A DNA stretch of 32,000 nt from contig NZ_AP018162.1 in NCBI RefSeq assembly GCF_004296475.1, positions 60,001 through 92,000 of the forward strand. The letters run 5' to 3'. Positions 1 to 9,602 of the stretch are shown piece by piece. The notes beneath the pieces are model-generated. The model saw only the letters and a list, made by a program, of their open reading frames with translations. It did no database searches and was not told the origin of the DNA. Numbering within the stretch: position 1 is the first letter of the stretch; every line of letters starts with the position of its first letter. The DNA is from Candidatus Saccharimonadota bacterium. GTDB taxonomy: Bacteria; Pseudomonadota; Gammaproteobacteria; Enterobacterales; Enterobacteriaceae. A program made the position numbers and the translations under genes.

Positions 1-468
<468 letters not shown>

Positions 469-1017
469 TTAACTAAATTTTTTAATAAAAAAATTAAATT
501 CTTTTAAAGAAATTAATATTTTTTCTATAATAATATTAATATCAAATTCATTAGTATCAACAATAATATTAGATATTTTATTATATAAATTATTTCTTAT
601 TTTATTTTTTTCATATAAAATATTATAATTATTTAATTTATTATTTGATAATATTGGTCTATCTTTATTATTTTTTATTCTTAATAATTGATTTTCAATA
701 CTAACTTTTAAATAAATTATAATACCATTATTTACTAATAAATTTATATTCTTATCAGAATCTATAACTCCTCCTCCTGTAGATAATACTATATTATTTT
801 TTATAACAATTTCTTCTAATATTTTTTCTTCTTCTTTTCTAAAAAAGAATTCCCCGTTATATTTAAATATACTATTAATATCCATATCTAATTTTTTTTT
901 AATTTCTTCATCTGAATCTATAAAATTAAAATTTAATTTACATGATAAAAGTTTTCCTATAGTACTTTTTCCAGAAGCCATTGCTCCTATAATAAATATG
1001 TTATTTTTTAATATCAT
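469..1017 (-). CDS. aroK: shikimate kinase
   Basis: 182 aa with P-loop GAMASGKSTIGK, then DSD and STGGG motifs of shikimate kinases. It sits directly upstream of aroB. Confidence 0.9.
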   Translation of the reverse strand: MILKNNIFIIGAMASGKSTIGKLLSCKLNFNFIDSDEEIKKKLDMDINSIFKYNGEFFFRKEEEKILEEIVIKNNIVLSTGGGVIDSDKNINLLVNNGIIIYLKVSIENQLLRIKNNKDRPILSNNKLNNYNILYEKNKIRNNLYNKISNIIVDTNEFDINIIIEKILISLKEFNFFIKKFS

Positions 1018-1102
1018 TTTATATATATAATATTTATTTTATATTAATATAAATAATACCATGTATTATTATTTTATCAATAAATTTATATATTCATATA
1101 AT

Positions 1103-1801
1103 TTATTTTTTTAATATTTTTATTAAATCCATCATATCTTTGGGAATTTCACTATAAAAATGCATAAATTTATTACTTACAGGATGTTGTATAATTAATT
1201 TTGATGAATGTAAAGCTTGTCTATTAAAATTTATATTTCTTTTTTTTATGAAATTCATTGATTTATCAAATATAGAAATATTCTTACCATATTTAAAGTC
1301 ACCTATTATAGGATGATTTATATATGACATATGAACTCTTATTTGATGAGTTCTGCCGGTATATAATATAACTTTTAACAAAGTAAAAATATTAAATTTA
1401 TCTATTATTCTATAATGTGTAATTGAATATTTTCCGTTATTAGATACTTTCATTTTCATTTTATTTTTAAAATCTCTTTTTATATAACTATTTATATTTC
1501 CTCCGGAAATTAGCAAACCTGATACTAATGTTATATATTCTTTTATATTTTTTTTTTTTAAAAATGAATTTATTAAAAATTTATAAGACATATTTGTTTT
1601 AGCAACTACTAATAATCCTGTAGTATTTTTATCTAATCTATGTATTATTCCATTTCTTTCAACATTAACAATATTAGGATAATATTCATTTAATAAATCA
1701 ACTAATGTTTTATTTTTTTTATATAATATATTATTTACTATTAAATTATTTTGTTTATTAATAATAATAATATATTTATCTTCATAAATTATATTTAACA
1801 T
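1103..1801 (-). CDS. rluD: 23S rRNA pseudouridine synthase RluD, lacking the N-terminal S4 domain
   Basis: Carries the HRLDKNTTGLLVVAKT and GRTHQIRVHM RluA-family motifs. The C-terminus (NRQALHSSKL..HPVS...IPKDMMDLIKIL) aligns with E. coli RluD. It is divergent from bamD as in E. coli. Length is 232 aa versus about 326 aa in E. coli. Confidence 0.85.
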   Translation of the reverse strand: MLNIIYEDKYIIIINKQNNLIVNNILYKKNKTLVDLLNEYYPNIVNVERNGIIHRLDKNTTGLLVVAKTNMSYKFLINSFLKKKNIKEYITLVSGLLISGGNINSYIKRDFKNKMKMKVSNNGKYSITHYRIIDKFNIFTLLKVILYTGRTHQIRVHMSYINHPIIGDFKYGKNISIFDKSMNFIKKRNINFNRQALHSSKLIIQHPVSNKFMHFYSEIPKDMMDLIKILKK

Positions 1802-1862
1802 TTAAAAAAAAAATAGTAAAATTAATAATATTATATTTATAACATAAATTAAAAAAAAAATA

Positions 1863-2597
1863 ATGAAAAATATACTATTAATAACTATTTATATAATGTT
1901 AAATTTAAATTCATGTATATCTAGTCAAAATTATAATAATAAAATTAAAACAGATATATTTAATAATTTAATAAATGAAAATTATAAATTAGTTATAAAA
2001 GATTTAAAAAGAACATGTAATTTATGTATACCATATAAAGATTTAATAGAAACAAAAATAGAATTAGCGTTTTCATATTATAAAGTAAATAAATTAGAAA
2101 AATCAATATTAATAATAAATAAATTATTAAAATATAAAGAACTTAAAAATTATGATTATTTATTATATATGAAAGGATTAATAAATATATTGTTACATTC
2201 TAAAAATAAAAAAAGTATATTTACATTTGAAGAAAATAGAGATAATTCTAAATTAAAAATAGCATTTAATAGTTTTAAAGAATTAATAGAAAACTATCCT
2301 AATAGCGTATATTACAATTCATCAATAAAAAAATTAAATTATATAAAAGATAAAATTGCATTAAATGAAATATTAAAAATAAAATATTTTTTAGATAATA
2401 GATATTATTTATCATCTTTAAATAGATCTATAGAATTTATTAAAAATTTTCAAGATACAAGTTTAGTATATTACGCTGTAATATATGCAAGACATTCATG
2501 TGAAAAATTAAGCTTAAATGAAATTTTAAAAAATTTTAATAAAATTTTAGATTCAAATATAGATAATTTTATAAAATTAAAATTAATAAAAAAATAA
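1863..2597 (+). CDS. bamD: outer-membrane protein assembly factor BamD (YfiO), lipoprotein
   Basis: 244 aa with an N-terminal signal and Cys (MLNLNSC). YDYLLYMKGLINILL and AFNSFKELIENYPNSVYYNSSIKKLNYIKDKIA align with E. coli BamD (IDYVMYMRGLTNMAL, AFSDFSKLVRGYPNSQY..RLVFLKDRLA). Neighbours rluD as in E. coli. Confidence 0.85.
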   Translation: MKNILLITIYIMLNLNSCISSQNYNNKIKTDIFNNLINENYKLVIKDLKRTCNLCIPYKDLIETKIELAFSYYKVNKLEKSILIINKLLKYKELKNYDYLLYMKGLINILLHSKNKKSIFTFEENRDNSKLKIAFNSFKELIENYPNSVYYNSSIKKLNYIKDKIALNEILKIKYFLDNRYYLSSLNRSIEFIKNFQDTSLVYYAVIYARHSCEKLSLNEILKNFNKILDSNIDNFIKLKLIKK

Positions 2598-2605
2598 TAA
2601 TAAAT

Positions 2606-3727
2606 TTACTTTAATATTATTGAATTCTTTATAATATTACTAGATTTATTTATATATTTTTTATCTATATTTAGATTAATCCATTTTTTTATTTCATTAA
2701 AAATTTCATCAATTTTATTATTTTTTATATATAATTTTATTAAATTTATATTGTCTAAAAATGAATTTATTATATTATTATCATTTTTTTTACTATAATT
2801 TATTATTTCTATATATATTTTAGAATCTTGATTGAAAAAATATATAAATAAATTTAAAAATATATAATTAAATGAAGGAGAAATATTTATCATTTCATTT
2901 ATATTAATATTATTTCTAATTAAAAATAAACCATATGATAAAAATATAAAATATCTTAAATATTGTATATATAACATATATTTATCATGTTCAATACTAT
3001 CTATAGTATGTAATATTAAACCCCATAATTTAAATTGATCTAATATCCATTTATATGAATCAGATAATCTTCCATTACAACAAATCATAATTTGATTTGA
3101 AAAATTATCTATATTATTACTAAACATAGGATGTAATCCTAAAACCGGACCTTCATGAATATTTAATATACTTTTTATAGTAAAATGTTTTATAGAAGAT
3201 ATATCTACTATTATTATATTTTTACTTAAATTTAAATTATTTAATTTATCTATTATAGATATAAATTTTGATATAGGGACACTTATTATAATAACATTCG
3301 AATTTATAATAAATTCTAAATTAATATCCCAATTTGATGAATTTATAGATTTAACAATATATCCTGATTTTATAAATTTATCTTTAAATAAAATTCCCAT
3401 ATTACCATCTCCACCTATTATAGTAATATTTATTTTAGAATTAGTATTATATATTATTTTATCATATGTATTATTTTCTAAAATATAAGATTCAAAAAAT
3501 ACTCTATTTAAAATATCTTCTATAAAATTTTTAGATATATTAGTATTATCATTTATTATTTTATTTAATATAAAAGATTCTCTATCTTTATCAAAAGATA
3601 ATAAACCTAATTTACTTTTTATATCTGATATATTTTTTACTAAATTAAATCTTTCTGAAAATAAATAAAATATTTCTTTATCTATTATATCTATTTTTTT
3701 TCTTATTTTATCTAAACTATTTTTCAT
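2606..3727 (-). CDS. tyrA: bifunctional chorismate mutase / prephenate dehydrogenase (T-protein)
   Basis: N-terminal chorismate mutase region (LDKIRKKIDIIDKEIFYLFSERFNLVKNISDIKSKLGL) followed by a Rossmann motif ITIIGGDGNMG, matching E. coli TyrA architecture and length. The longest ORF starts at 3760. I prefer the ATG at 3727 (MKNSLDKIRKKID...) because it aligns with the E. coli N-terminus and cuts the overlap with aroF from 44 to 11 nt. Confidence 0.85.
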   Translation of the reverse strand: MKNSLDKIRKKIDIIDKEIFYLFSERFNLVKNISDIKSKLGLLSFDKDRESFILNKIINDNTNISKNFIEDILNRVFFESYILENNTYDKIIYNTNSKINITIIGGDGNMGILFKDKFIKSGYIVKSINSSNWDINLEFIINSNVIIISVPISKFISIIDKLNNLNLSKNIIIVDISSIKHFTIKSILNIHEGPVLGLHPMFSNNIDNFSNQIMICCNGRLSDSYKWILDQFKLWGLILHTIDSIEHDKYMLYIQYLRYFIFLSYGLFLIRNNININEMINISPSFNYIFLNLFIYFFNQDSKIYIEIINYSKKNDNNIINSFLDNINLIKLYIKNNKIDEIFNEIKKWINLNIDKKYINKSSNIIKNSIILK

Positions 3728-4790
3728 TTTGTCTATTATTACAAATATTTTTATATTCATAATATATTTTATATATTAAATCTTCTGTATCTTTCCAATT
3801 AATACATGAATCTGTTATAGATACACCATATTTAATATTTTTGTTTTTATCATATAAATCAAAACTTTGATTTCCTTCATTTAAATTGCTTTCTATCATT
3901 AAACCTATAATATACTTATTGTTTTTTAATTGTTTAATTATATTATTTACAACATTTATTTGATTTTTATAATTCTTATTAGAATTATCATGACTACAAT
4001 CTATAAGTATAGATTTATTTAATTTATTTTTATCTAAAATTTTAATATATTCATCTATATTTTCATAAAAATAATTAGGACCATTTTTTCCCCCTCTTAA
4101 AATTATATGAGAATTTAAATTTCCTAATGTTTTTACATAAGATAATTTTCCATATTCATTAATATATATAAAATTATGTGAATTTTTAGATGAAATTATT
4201 GAATTAACACAAGAATCTATACTACCATCTGTACTATTTTTAAAACCAACTGGAATATTTAATCCGGATATTATTTCTCTATGTATTTGAGATTCTGAAG
4301 TTCTAGCTCCTATAGATACCCAACTTAATAAATCTCCAAAATATCTTATAAATATAGGATTTAAAATTTCAGATGCTACAGGGATTGATATATTAAATAA
4401 ATCTAATAAAATTTCTCTAAAAGTATAAATTCCTTTTTCAATATCATTTGATCCATTTATATCAGGATCATATATTATACCTTTCCAACCTACTGTTGTT
4501 CTTGGTTTTTCATAATATGCTCTAATAACTAAATATAAATAATCATTTACTTTTAAAGATAAATTTTTAAAATTATTTGCATATTCTATAAGAGATTCTC
4601 TATTGTTTACAGAACAAGGACCGCATATAATTAATAATCTATTATCTAATTTATTTATTATATTAGATATAATATTACGATATTCTAATATATTAATATT
4701 AATATTTTTATAGATATTAAATTTATTTTTTAATAAATTTGGGGATATAAAATCTTTTTCTTTTAAGAAATTAAAACAATTTGTATTCAT
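3717..4790 (-). CDS. aroF: 3-deoxy-D-arabino-heptulosonate-7-phosphate (DAHP) synthase, class I-alpha
   Basis: 357 aa, colinear with E. coli AroF/G/H. YEKPRTTVGWKG and GARTSESQIHRE are present, as are the metal-ligand motifs CGPCS, DCSHDNS, MIESN and SITDSC. The aroF symbol rests on synteny only (immediately upstream of tyrA, as in the E. coli aroF-tyrA operon). Isozyme identity is not provable from sequence by eye. Confidence 0.85.
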   Translation of the reverse strand: MNTNCFNFLKEKDFISPNLLKNKFNIYKNININILEYRNIISNIINKLDNRLLIICGPCSVNNRESLIEYANNFKNLSLKVNDYLYLVIRAYYEKPRTTVGWKGIIYDPDINGSNDIEKGIYTFREILLDLFNISIPVASEILNPIFIRYFGDLLSWVSIGARTSESQIHREIISGLNIPVGFKNSTDGSIDSCVNSIISSKNSHNFIYINEYGKLSYVKTLGNLNSHIILRGGKNGPNYFYENIDEYIKILDKNKLNKSILIDCSHDNSNKNYKNQINVVNNIIKQLKNNKYIIGLMIESNLNEGNQSFDLYDKNKNIKYGVSITDSCINWKDTEDLIYKIYYEYKNICNNRQNEK

Positions 4791-4815
4791 ATTTAAAATA
4801 TAAAATTATAAAAGG

Positions 4816-4870
4816 ATATATTTACTAGTAAATATATTTTACTAGTAAATATATTTTACTAGTAAATTTA
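4816..4870. repeat. three tandem copies of the perfect 12-bp palindrome TTTACTAGTAAA separated by TATAT (17-bp period); candidate terminator, attenuator or operator between rplS and aroF
   Basis: Read directly: palindromes at 4821-4832, 4838-4849 and 4855-4866, with spacers TATAT at 4833-4837 and 4850-4854. The flank ATATA (4816-4820) is complementary to the spacer. Because the unit is self-complementary, any two adjacent copies can pair as a 12-bp stem (17 bp with flanks) and a 5-nt loop. Confidence 0.8.
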
Positions 4871-4881
4871 ATAAATGTAAA

Positions 4882-5220
4882 CTATATTTTTATATATTTA
4901 TTATTTTTTCTTATAAAGAATAACTTAGATTTTCTAACTTTGTTATATTTAATTATACTTATATTTTTTATTGTAGGAGAATAAATAAAAAAAGTTTTTT
5001 CTACTCCTTCACTATTAGAAAACATTTTTCTTACAGTTATTGATGTAGATATACCTTTTCTACTAATAGATATAACTATTCCAAAAAAAATTTGAATATT
5101 TTTATTTATAATATTAATATTTTCTATTTTTACTGTACATCCTGATTTTATTTTATTTATAATATTTATATCTTTTATTTGACTATTTTCAATATTTTTT
5201 ATTATACTATTTTTTGACAT
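4882..5220 (-). CDS. rplS: 50S ribosomal protein L19
   Basis: 112 aa. ISTSITVRKMFSNSEGVEKTFFIYSPTI aligns with E. coli L19 ([25 protein letters not shown]). It is the last gene of the conserved rpsP-rimM-trmD-rplS order. Confidence 0.93.
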   Translation of the reverse strand: MSKNSIIKNIENSQIKDINIINKIKSGCTVKIENINIINKNIQIFFGIVISISRKGISTSITVRKMFSNSEGVEKTFFIYSPTIKNISIIKYNKVRKSKLFFIRKNNKYIKI

Positions 5221-5968
5221 TTTTATTATCTTTTAATAATTCATCTTTAAATTCTTCTAGCAATTTTATTTCATTTTTATCTAATTTGCTTTTATTTATT
5301 AATTCAGGTCTATTTAACCACATTTTTCCTAATGATTGTTTTAATCTCCATTTATTTATTTCATAATGATTTCCAGATAATAAAACTTTAGGAACTTCTA
5401 TATTATTAAATATTCTAGGTCTAGTATAATTTGGAAAATCAAAAATTTTTTTATAAAATGAATCATTTTTATATGAACTTTCAGAATTTAAAACTCCAGG
5501 TATTAATCTTATTATAGAGTCCATAATTAAAATAGAAGGTATTTCTCCTCCACTTAAAATATAATCTCCTATAGAAATTTCATAATTAACTTCATTTAAT
5601 ATTATTCTTTCATCTATACCTTTATACCTTCCGCATATAAATATTATATTTTTATTAGATTTTGAAAAGTATTTAATAATATTATTATTAATTTTAATTC
5701 CTTGAGGAGTTAAATATATAACTTTTGAAGTTTTGCCTATTTTTTTTTTTGCTGCGTCTATAGTTTTTTTTAATGGAACAGGTTTAATTATCATTCCATA
5801 TCCTCCTCCATAAGGTTTATCATCTACTCTTTTATTATCAGAATATTTTTTTAAATCAAATATATATATATTTACTATGTTATTTTTTATAGCTTTTCTT
5901 ATTATTCCAATTTTCTTAACTATAGAAAATATTTCTGGAAACATAGTAATTACAGCAAATTTAATCAT
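5207..5968 (-). CDS. trmD: tRNA (guanine37-N1)-methyltransferase
   Basis: 253 aa with MFPEIF, DDKPYGGGYGMI, ICGRYKGIDERI and GDYILSGGEIP TrmD motifs. Conserved operon position. Overlaps rplS by 14 nt. Confidence 0.93.
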   Translation of the reverse strand: MIKFAVITMFPEIFSIVKKIGIIRKAIKNNIVNIYIFDLKKYSDNKRVDDKPYGGGYGMIIKPVPLKKTIDAAKKKIGKTSKVIYLTPQGIKINNNIIKYFSKSNKNIIFICGRYKGIDERIILNEVNYEISIGDYILSGGEIPSILIMDSIIRLIPGVLNSESSYKNDSFYKKIFDFPNYTRPRIFNNIEVPKVLLSGNHYEINKWRLKQSLGKMWLNRPELINKSKLDKNEIKLLEEFKDELLKDNKNVKK

Positions 5969-5969
5969 T

Positions 5970-6461
5970 TTAACATATTTTATTTAAAATTATATTTTTT
6001 TTTTCTAAATTAATTTCTCTTATAAATATATTAAATATTAAAGGTATATATATTTCTTTATTATTTTTTTTTATTATTAATATATAATAATATTTTATTT
6101 CTATAAAATCATATACATTTCCTAAAAAATAATTTTCAAAAAAAACAGAAAAATTTAATATATCTTTTAAATATATAAAATCATTATCTTTATATAAGAT
6201 ATTTATATATATATATAAATTTGTTATTTTTGATGATTTTTCTTTACTATCTACAGTATTTAATTTAACTAAAAAGTTATCTTTATAACTTTTCCATTTC
6301 TCAACTATATATGTAGTTTTTATTTTATTTAATATAATTATCCATTTATATTTAAATATATCAATTTTATTATCCATATAAGAATATACTTTATTGTATC
6401 CTATAACACCATAAGATGATCCTATTTTGCCAACTAATAAATTATTAAATACTTCTTTCAT
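5970..6461 (-). CDS. rimM: 16S rRNA processing protein RimM
   Basis: 163 aa. The N-terminus VGKIGSSYGVIGYNKVYS matches E. coli RimM (LGKMGSSYGIRGWLRVFS). Positioned between rpsP and trmD. Confidence 0.85.
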   Translation of the reverse strand: MKEVFNNLLVGKIGSSYGVIGYNKVYSYMDNKIDIFKYKWIIILNKIKTTYIVEKWKSYKDNFLVKLNTVDSKEKSSKITNLYIYINILYKDNDFIYLKDILNFSVFFENYFLGNVYDFIEIKYYYILIIKKNNKEIYIPLIFNIFIREINLEKKNIILNKIC

Positions 6462-6699
6462 ACATTTTTATTAAATTAGGAATTCTTTTTGATAAAGAAG
6501 CTCCTTTTTTTTTCCAAAAATATATTCTATCTATATTTATATATAATTTATTTTTAATATTATTAGTATTTATACTAGGATTAAAAAATCCTATTTTTTC
6601 TATATATTTTCCATTTCTGGGTTTTTTTGATGATATAACAACTATTCTATAAGAAGACAATTTTTTTCTTCCATATCTAGATAATCTTATTCTAACCAT
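6445..6699 (-). CDS. rpsP: 30S ribosomal protein S16
   Basis: 84 aa. MVRIRLSRYGRKKLSSYRIVV... is the S16 N-terminus. Operon position is conserved. Overlaps rimM by 17 nt. Confidence 0.93.
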   Translation of the reverse strand: MVRIRLSRYGRKKLSSYRIVVISSKKPRNGKYIEKIGFFNPSINTNNIKNKLYINIDRIYFWKKKGASLSKRIPNLIKMYERSI

Positions 6700-7723
6700 A
6701 TAATTTTTTTATAAAATTATTTTTTAATAAAAGAACTTCATTTTCTAATTTTATATTAAATTTTCTTTTTACTACTTTTTTTATTATTCTTATAAAGAAT
6801 AATATATCGTTCCCATTTGTATTTTCTCCTAAATTTACTATAACTAAAGAATTTTTATTATATATGTATAAATTTTTATAAAAAAAACTCTTTAAATTAC
6901 ATTTATCAATTAACCATCCTGAGTAAATTTTAAATTTATTATTACTTATTTTAAAATTTGGTATTAATTTATATTTATTTTTTAAATTTATAAAATTTTT
7001 ATTTTTTAATATGCAATTTTTAAAAAAACTTCCACAATTACTAATAATATTAAAATTAGGTATATTATTTGCCCTTATATTATTTATTATTTTGTATATT
7101 TTTTTAGAATTTAAATTATATTTTTTTAAACAAAAAATTTTTTTGTGATTTAATATAGGACTCCAGTTTTTTTTTAAATTTAAACCTATTGATAGTATTA
7201 TATAATCTTTATATTTATTAGTTTTAAATATACTATATCTGTAATTAAATGAACATTCATTATTATTTATTTTTTTTTTATTAAAATTATATATATTAAT
7301 AATATAAACATAACTAATTATATCACTTATTTCAACTCCATATGCTCCTATATTATTTATAACCGCTGATCCAACTCTTCCAGGTATCATAGATAAATTT
7401 TCTAATCCATATATATTTTTTTTAATAGTAATATTAACAATTTTGGACCATGATTCTCCAGAATGTATATGTAAATGCCAATATTTTTTATAATTGTATA
7501 TATTTATTCCATAAATTCTATTTAAAACTATAAATCCACAGAAGTTTTCTAAAAATATAGTATTACTAATATCACCAACAAAAATTATAGGAATTTTTTT
7601 ATTTATTGATATATAAATATATCTTTTTATATCATTTAAATTATTAGCTATAGCTAAATATTTACATTTTATATTTATTCCAAATGAATTTATTTTATTT
7701 ATACTACTATTTTTTTTTATCAT
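6692..7723 (-). CDS. murB: UDP-N-acetylenolpyruvoylglucosamine reductase
   Basis: 343 aa (E. coli 342). GLENLSMIPGRVGSAVINNIGAYGVE, CSFNYRYSIFK, GSFFKN and SGWLIDKC align with E. coli MurB. The stop overlaps the rpsP start by 8 nt. Confidence 0.88.
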   Translation of the reverse strand: MIKKNSSINKINSFGINIKCKYLAIANNLNDIKRYIYISINKKIPIIFVGDISNTIFLENFCGFIVLNRIYGINIYNYKKYWHLHIHSGESWSKIVNITIKKNIYGLENLSMIPGRVGSAVINNIGAYGVEISDIISYVYIINIYNFNKKKINNNECSFNYRYSIFKTNKYKDYIILSIGLNLKKNWSPILNHKKIFCLKKYNLNSKKIYKIINNIRANNIPNFNIISNCGSFFKNCILKNKNFINLKNKYKLIPNFKISNNKFKIYSGWLIDKCNLKSFFYKNLYIYNKNSLVIVNLGENTNGNDILFFIRIIKKVVKRKFNIKLENEVLLLKNNFIKKLYG

Positions 7724-7724
7724 A

Positions 7725-9602
7725 TTATTTATTAATACTTTTTTTTATCCATACTATAATAGTAAGTATTGATGAATAATTTATACCTGGAATTTTATAT
7801 ATATCACTTAAAGTTTTAGGATTAAATTTATTAAGATTTTCTTTTATTTCATTTGATAAATTTTTTATTAAACTAAAATTTATATTACTAGGTATTTTAA
7901 TTTTTTCATAAGATTTAATTTTTTTTATTTCAATGTATTGTCTATCTATATAATTTTTATATTTAGAATCTATTTCAATTATTTTATATATATTAAAATT
8001 ATCATTAATTAATAAAGGTTTTACTTCTGAAATATATTCTAATGTATTAGAATTAATATTATTAAAACGTAAAATATCGTAGCAATTTATACTTTTATTT
8101 AATTTAATTAATTTATCTAAATTATTTTTTTTTAAACAATTATTATTTATATATATTTTTTTTAATCTATTTTTTTCTTTGTTTATTATTTTTTTTTTAT
8201 TTTTAAAAAAATCCCATCTTAATTTATTAACAACTCCTAATTTATATCCTATTTCAGTTAGTCTAAAATCAGCATTATCTTCTCTTAACATTAATCTATA
8301 TTCAGATCTAGATGTAAACATTCTATATGGCTCTATTATCCCTTTATTACATAAATCATCAACCATAACTCCAATATATGATTCATATCTATTAGGAATC
8401 CATTGATCTAATTTTTTAGATAATCTTCCAGCATTTATGCCGGCTAATAAACCTTGAGCTGCAGCTTCTTCATATCCAGTAGTTCCATTTATTTGACCTG
8501 CAAAAAATAAATTAGATATAATTTTACTTTCTAAAGTTAATTTTAGATCTTTAGGATCAAAAAAATCATATTCAACAGCATATCCAGGTCTAGTTATACA
8601 TGAATTTTCTAATCCTTTTATAGATTTTATAAATTCAATTTGTATATCAAATGGAAGGCTAGTAGATATACCGTTAGGGTATATTTCTTTACTGGATAAA
8701 CCTTCTGGTTCTAAAAATATTTGATGTGAATCTTTATCTTTAAATTTTATTATTTTATCTTCTATTGATGGGCAATATCTAGGTCCTTTACCTTTTATTA
8801 TTTCATTATAAACTGGACTTTTGTTAATATTATTAAATATAATTTCATGAGTATTCATATTAGTTCTAGTTATAAAACATGAAATTTGTTTTAATTCATT
8901 TTTTGTTTTTATAAAAGAAAATTTAGGTATAGGATAATCGCTTTTTTGCTCTTCTAAATCAGAAAAATCTATTGATCTTGCATCTATTCTTGGTGGAGTT
9001 CCTGTTTTAAATCTTTTAGTATTAAATGATAATTTATTTTGTATATTTAATGATAGTGATTTAGAAGATATATCACCTATTCTTCCGCCTTCTGATTTAT
9101 TATTTATTCCTATATATATATTACTATTTAAAAAAGTCCCCATAGTTAATATTACTGTTTTAGAAAATATTTCTATATTTAATTCAGTTTTAACTCCTAT
9201 AACTTTATATTTATTAATTAATAAATCATTAACTTTTTGCTGAAGTATAGTTAAATTTTTATATTTCCATATTTTATGTTTTATTATTTTCTGATATAAT
9301 AATTTATCTATTTGTGCTCTAGTTGATCTAACTGACATTCCTTTGCTTGTATTTAATGTTTTAAATTGTATACCAGATTCATCTGAAGTTATACCCATTA
9401 ACCCATCTAATGAATCTATTTCCTTAACTAAATGACCTTTACCTATACCTCCTATTGAAGGATTACATGACATTTGAGCTATTGTATCTATATTAGATGT
9501 AATTAACATTACTTCACAACCTAATCTAGATGCAGCTGAAGCTGCTTCAATTCCAGAATGACCTGCACCAACGACTAATACATCAAAATTATTTTTAAAC
9601 AT
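7725..9602 (-). CDS. mnmG: tRNA uridine-5-carboxymethylaminomethyl synthesis enzyme MnmG (GidA)
   Basis: 625 aa. [23 protein letters not shown] is the FAD motif. [32 protein letters not shown] and [23 protein letters not shown] are highly conserved GidA blocks. Confidence 0.95.
   Translation of the reverse strand: MFKNNFDVLVVGAGHSGIEAASAASRLGCEVMLITSNIDTIAQMSCNPSIGGIGKGHLVKEIDSLDGLMGITSDESGIQFKTLNTSKGMSVRSTRAQIDKLLYQKIIKHKIWKYKNLTILQQKVNDLLINKYKVIGVKTELNIEIFSKTVILTMGTFLNSNIYIGINNKSEGGRIGDISSKSLSLNIQNKLSFNTKRFKTGTPPRIDARSIDFSDLEEQKSDYPIPKFSFIKTKNELKQISCFITRTNMNTHEIIFNNINKSPVYNEIIKGKGPRYCPSIEDKIIKFKDKDSHQIFLEPEGLSSKEIYPNGISTSLPFDIQIEFIKSIKGLENSCITRPGYAVEYDFFDPKDLKLTLESKIISNLFFAGQINGTTGYEEAAAQGLLAGINAGRLSKKLDQWIPNRYESYIGVMVDDLCNKGIIEPYRMFTSRSEYRLMLREDNADFRLTEIGYKLGVVNKLRWDFFKNKKKIINKEKNRLKKIYINNNCLKKNNLDKLIKLNKSINCYDILRFNNINSNTLEYISEVKPLLINDNFNIYKIIEIDSKYKNYIDRQYIEIKKIKSYEKIKIPSNINFSLIKNLSNEIKENLNKFNPKTLSDIYKIPGINYSSILTIIVWIKKSINK

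Noticed and set aside
1052-1070. Inverted repeat AATAATAC-CAT-GTATTATT (8-bp stem, 3-nt loop) between rluD and aroK as a possible terminator
   Set aside because: The stem is short with only one G:C pair and has no clean U-tract after it on the transcribed strand. Such repeats are expected by chance in near-binary A/T sequence.
1061-1114. 17-codon mini-ORF MYYYFINKFIYSYNLFF in the rluD/aroK spacer, which looked like a Tyr/Phe-rich attenuation leader peptide
   Set aside because: It is on the plus strand, whereas the flanking aro genes are on the minus strand. It runs into the 3' end of rluD. TAT and TTT codons are expected at high frequency in this base composition.
4829-4861. TyrR boxes (TGTAAA-N6-TTTACA) formed across adjacent palindrome copies (AGTAAA-TATAT-TTTACT)
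   Set aside because: The half-sites match 5/6 each, but the spacer is 5 nt rather than 6. No tyrR is visible, and a regulator is unlikely in a genome this reduced. Kept only as a remote alternative under the palindrome finding.
7745-7753. DnaA-box-like TTATCCATA near mnmG, prompted by the usual oriC-gidA linkage
   Set aside because: It is a single 8/9 match inside the mnmG 3' coding end. The mnmG 5' side has zero non-coding bases (1-nt overlap with mltC). There is no cluster of boxes and no AT-rich 13-mer array distinguishable from background.
8179-8406. 75-aa plus-strand ORF inside mnmG
   Set aside because: Antisense to a highly conserved region of mnmG, with no motif and no upstream spacer. 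Typical shadow ORF.
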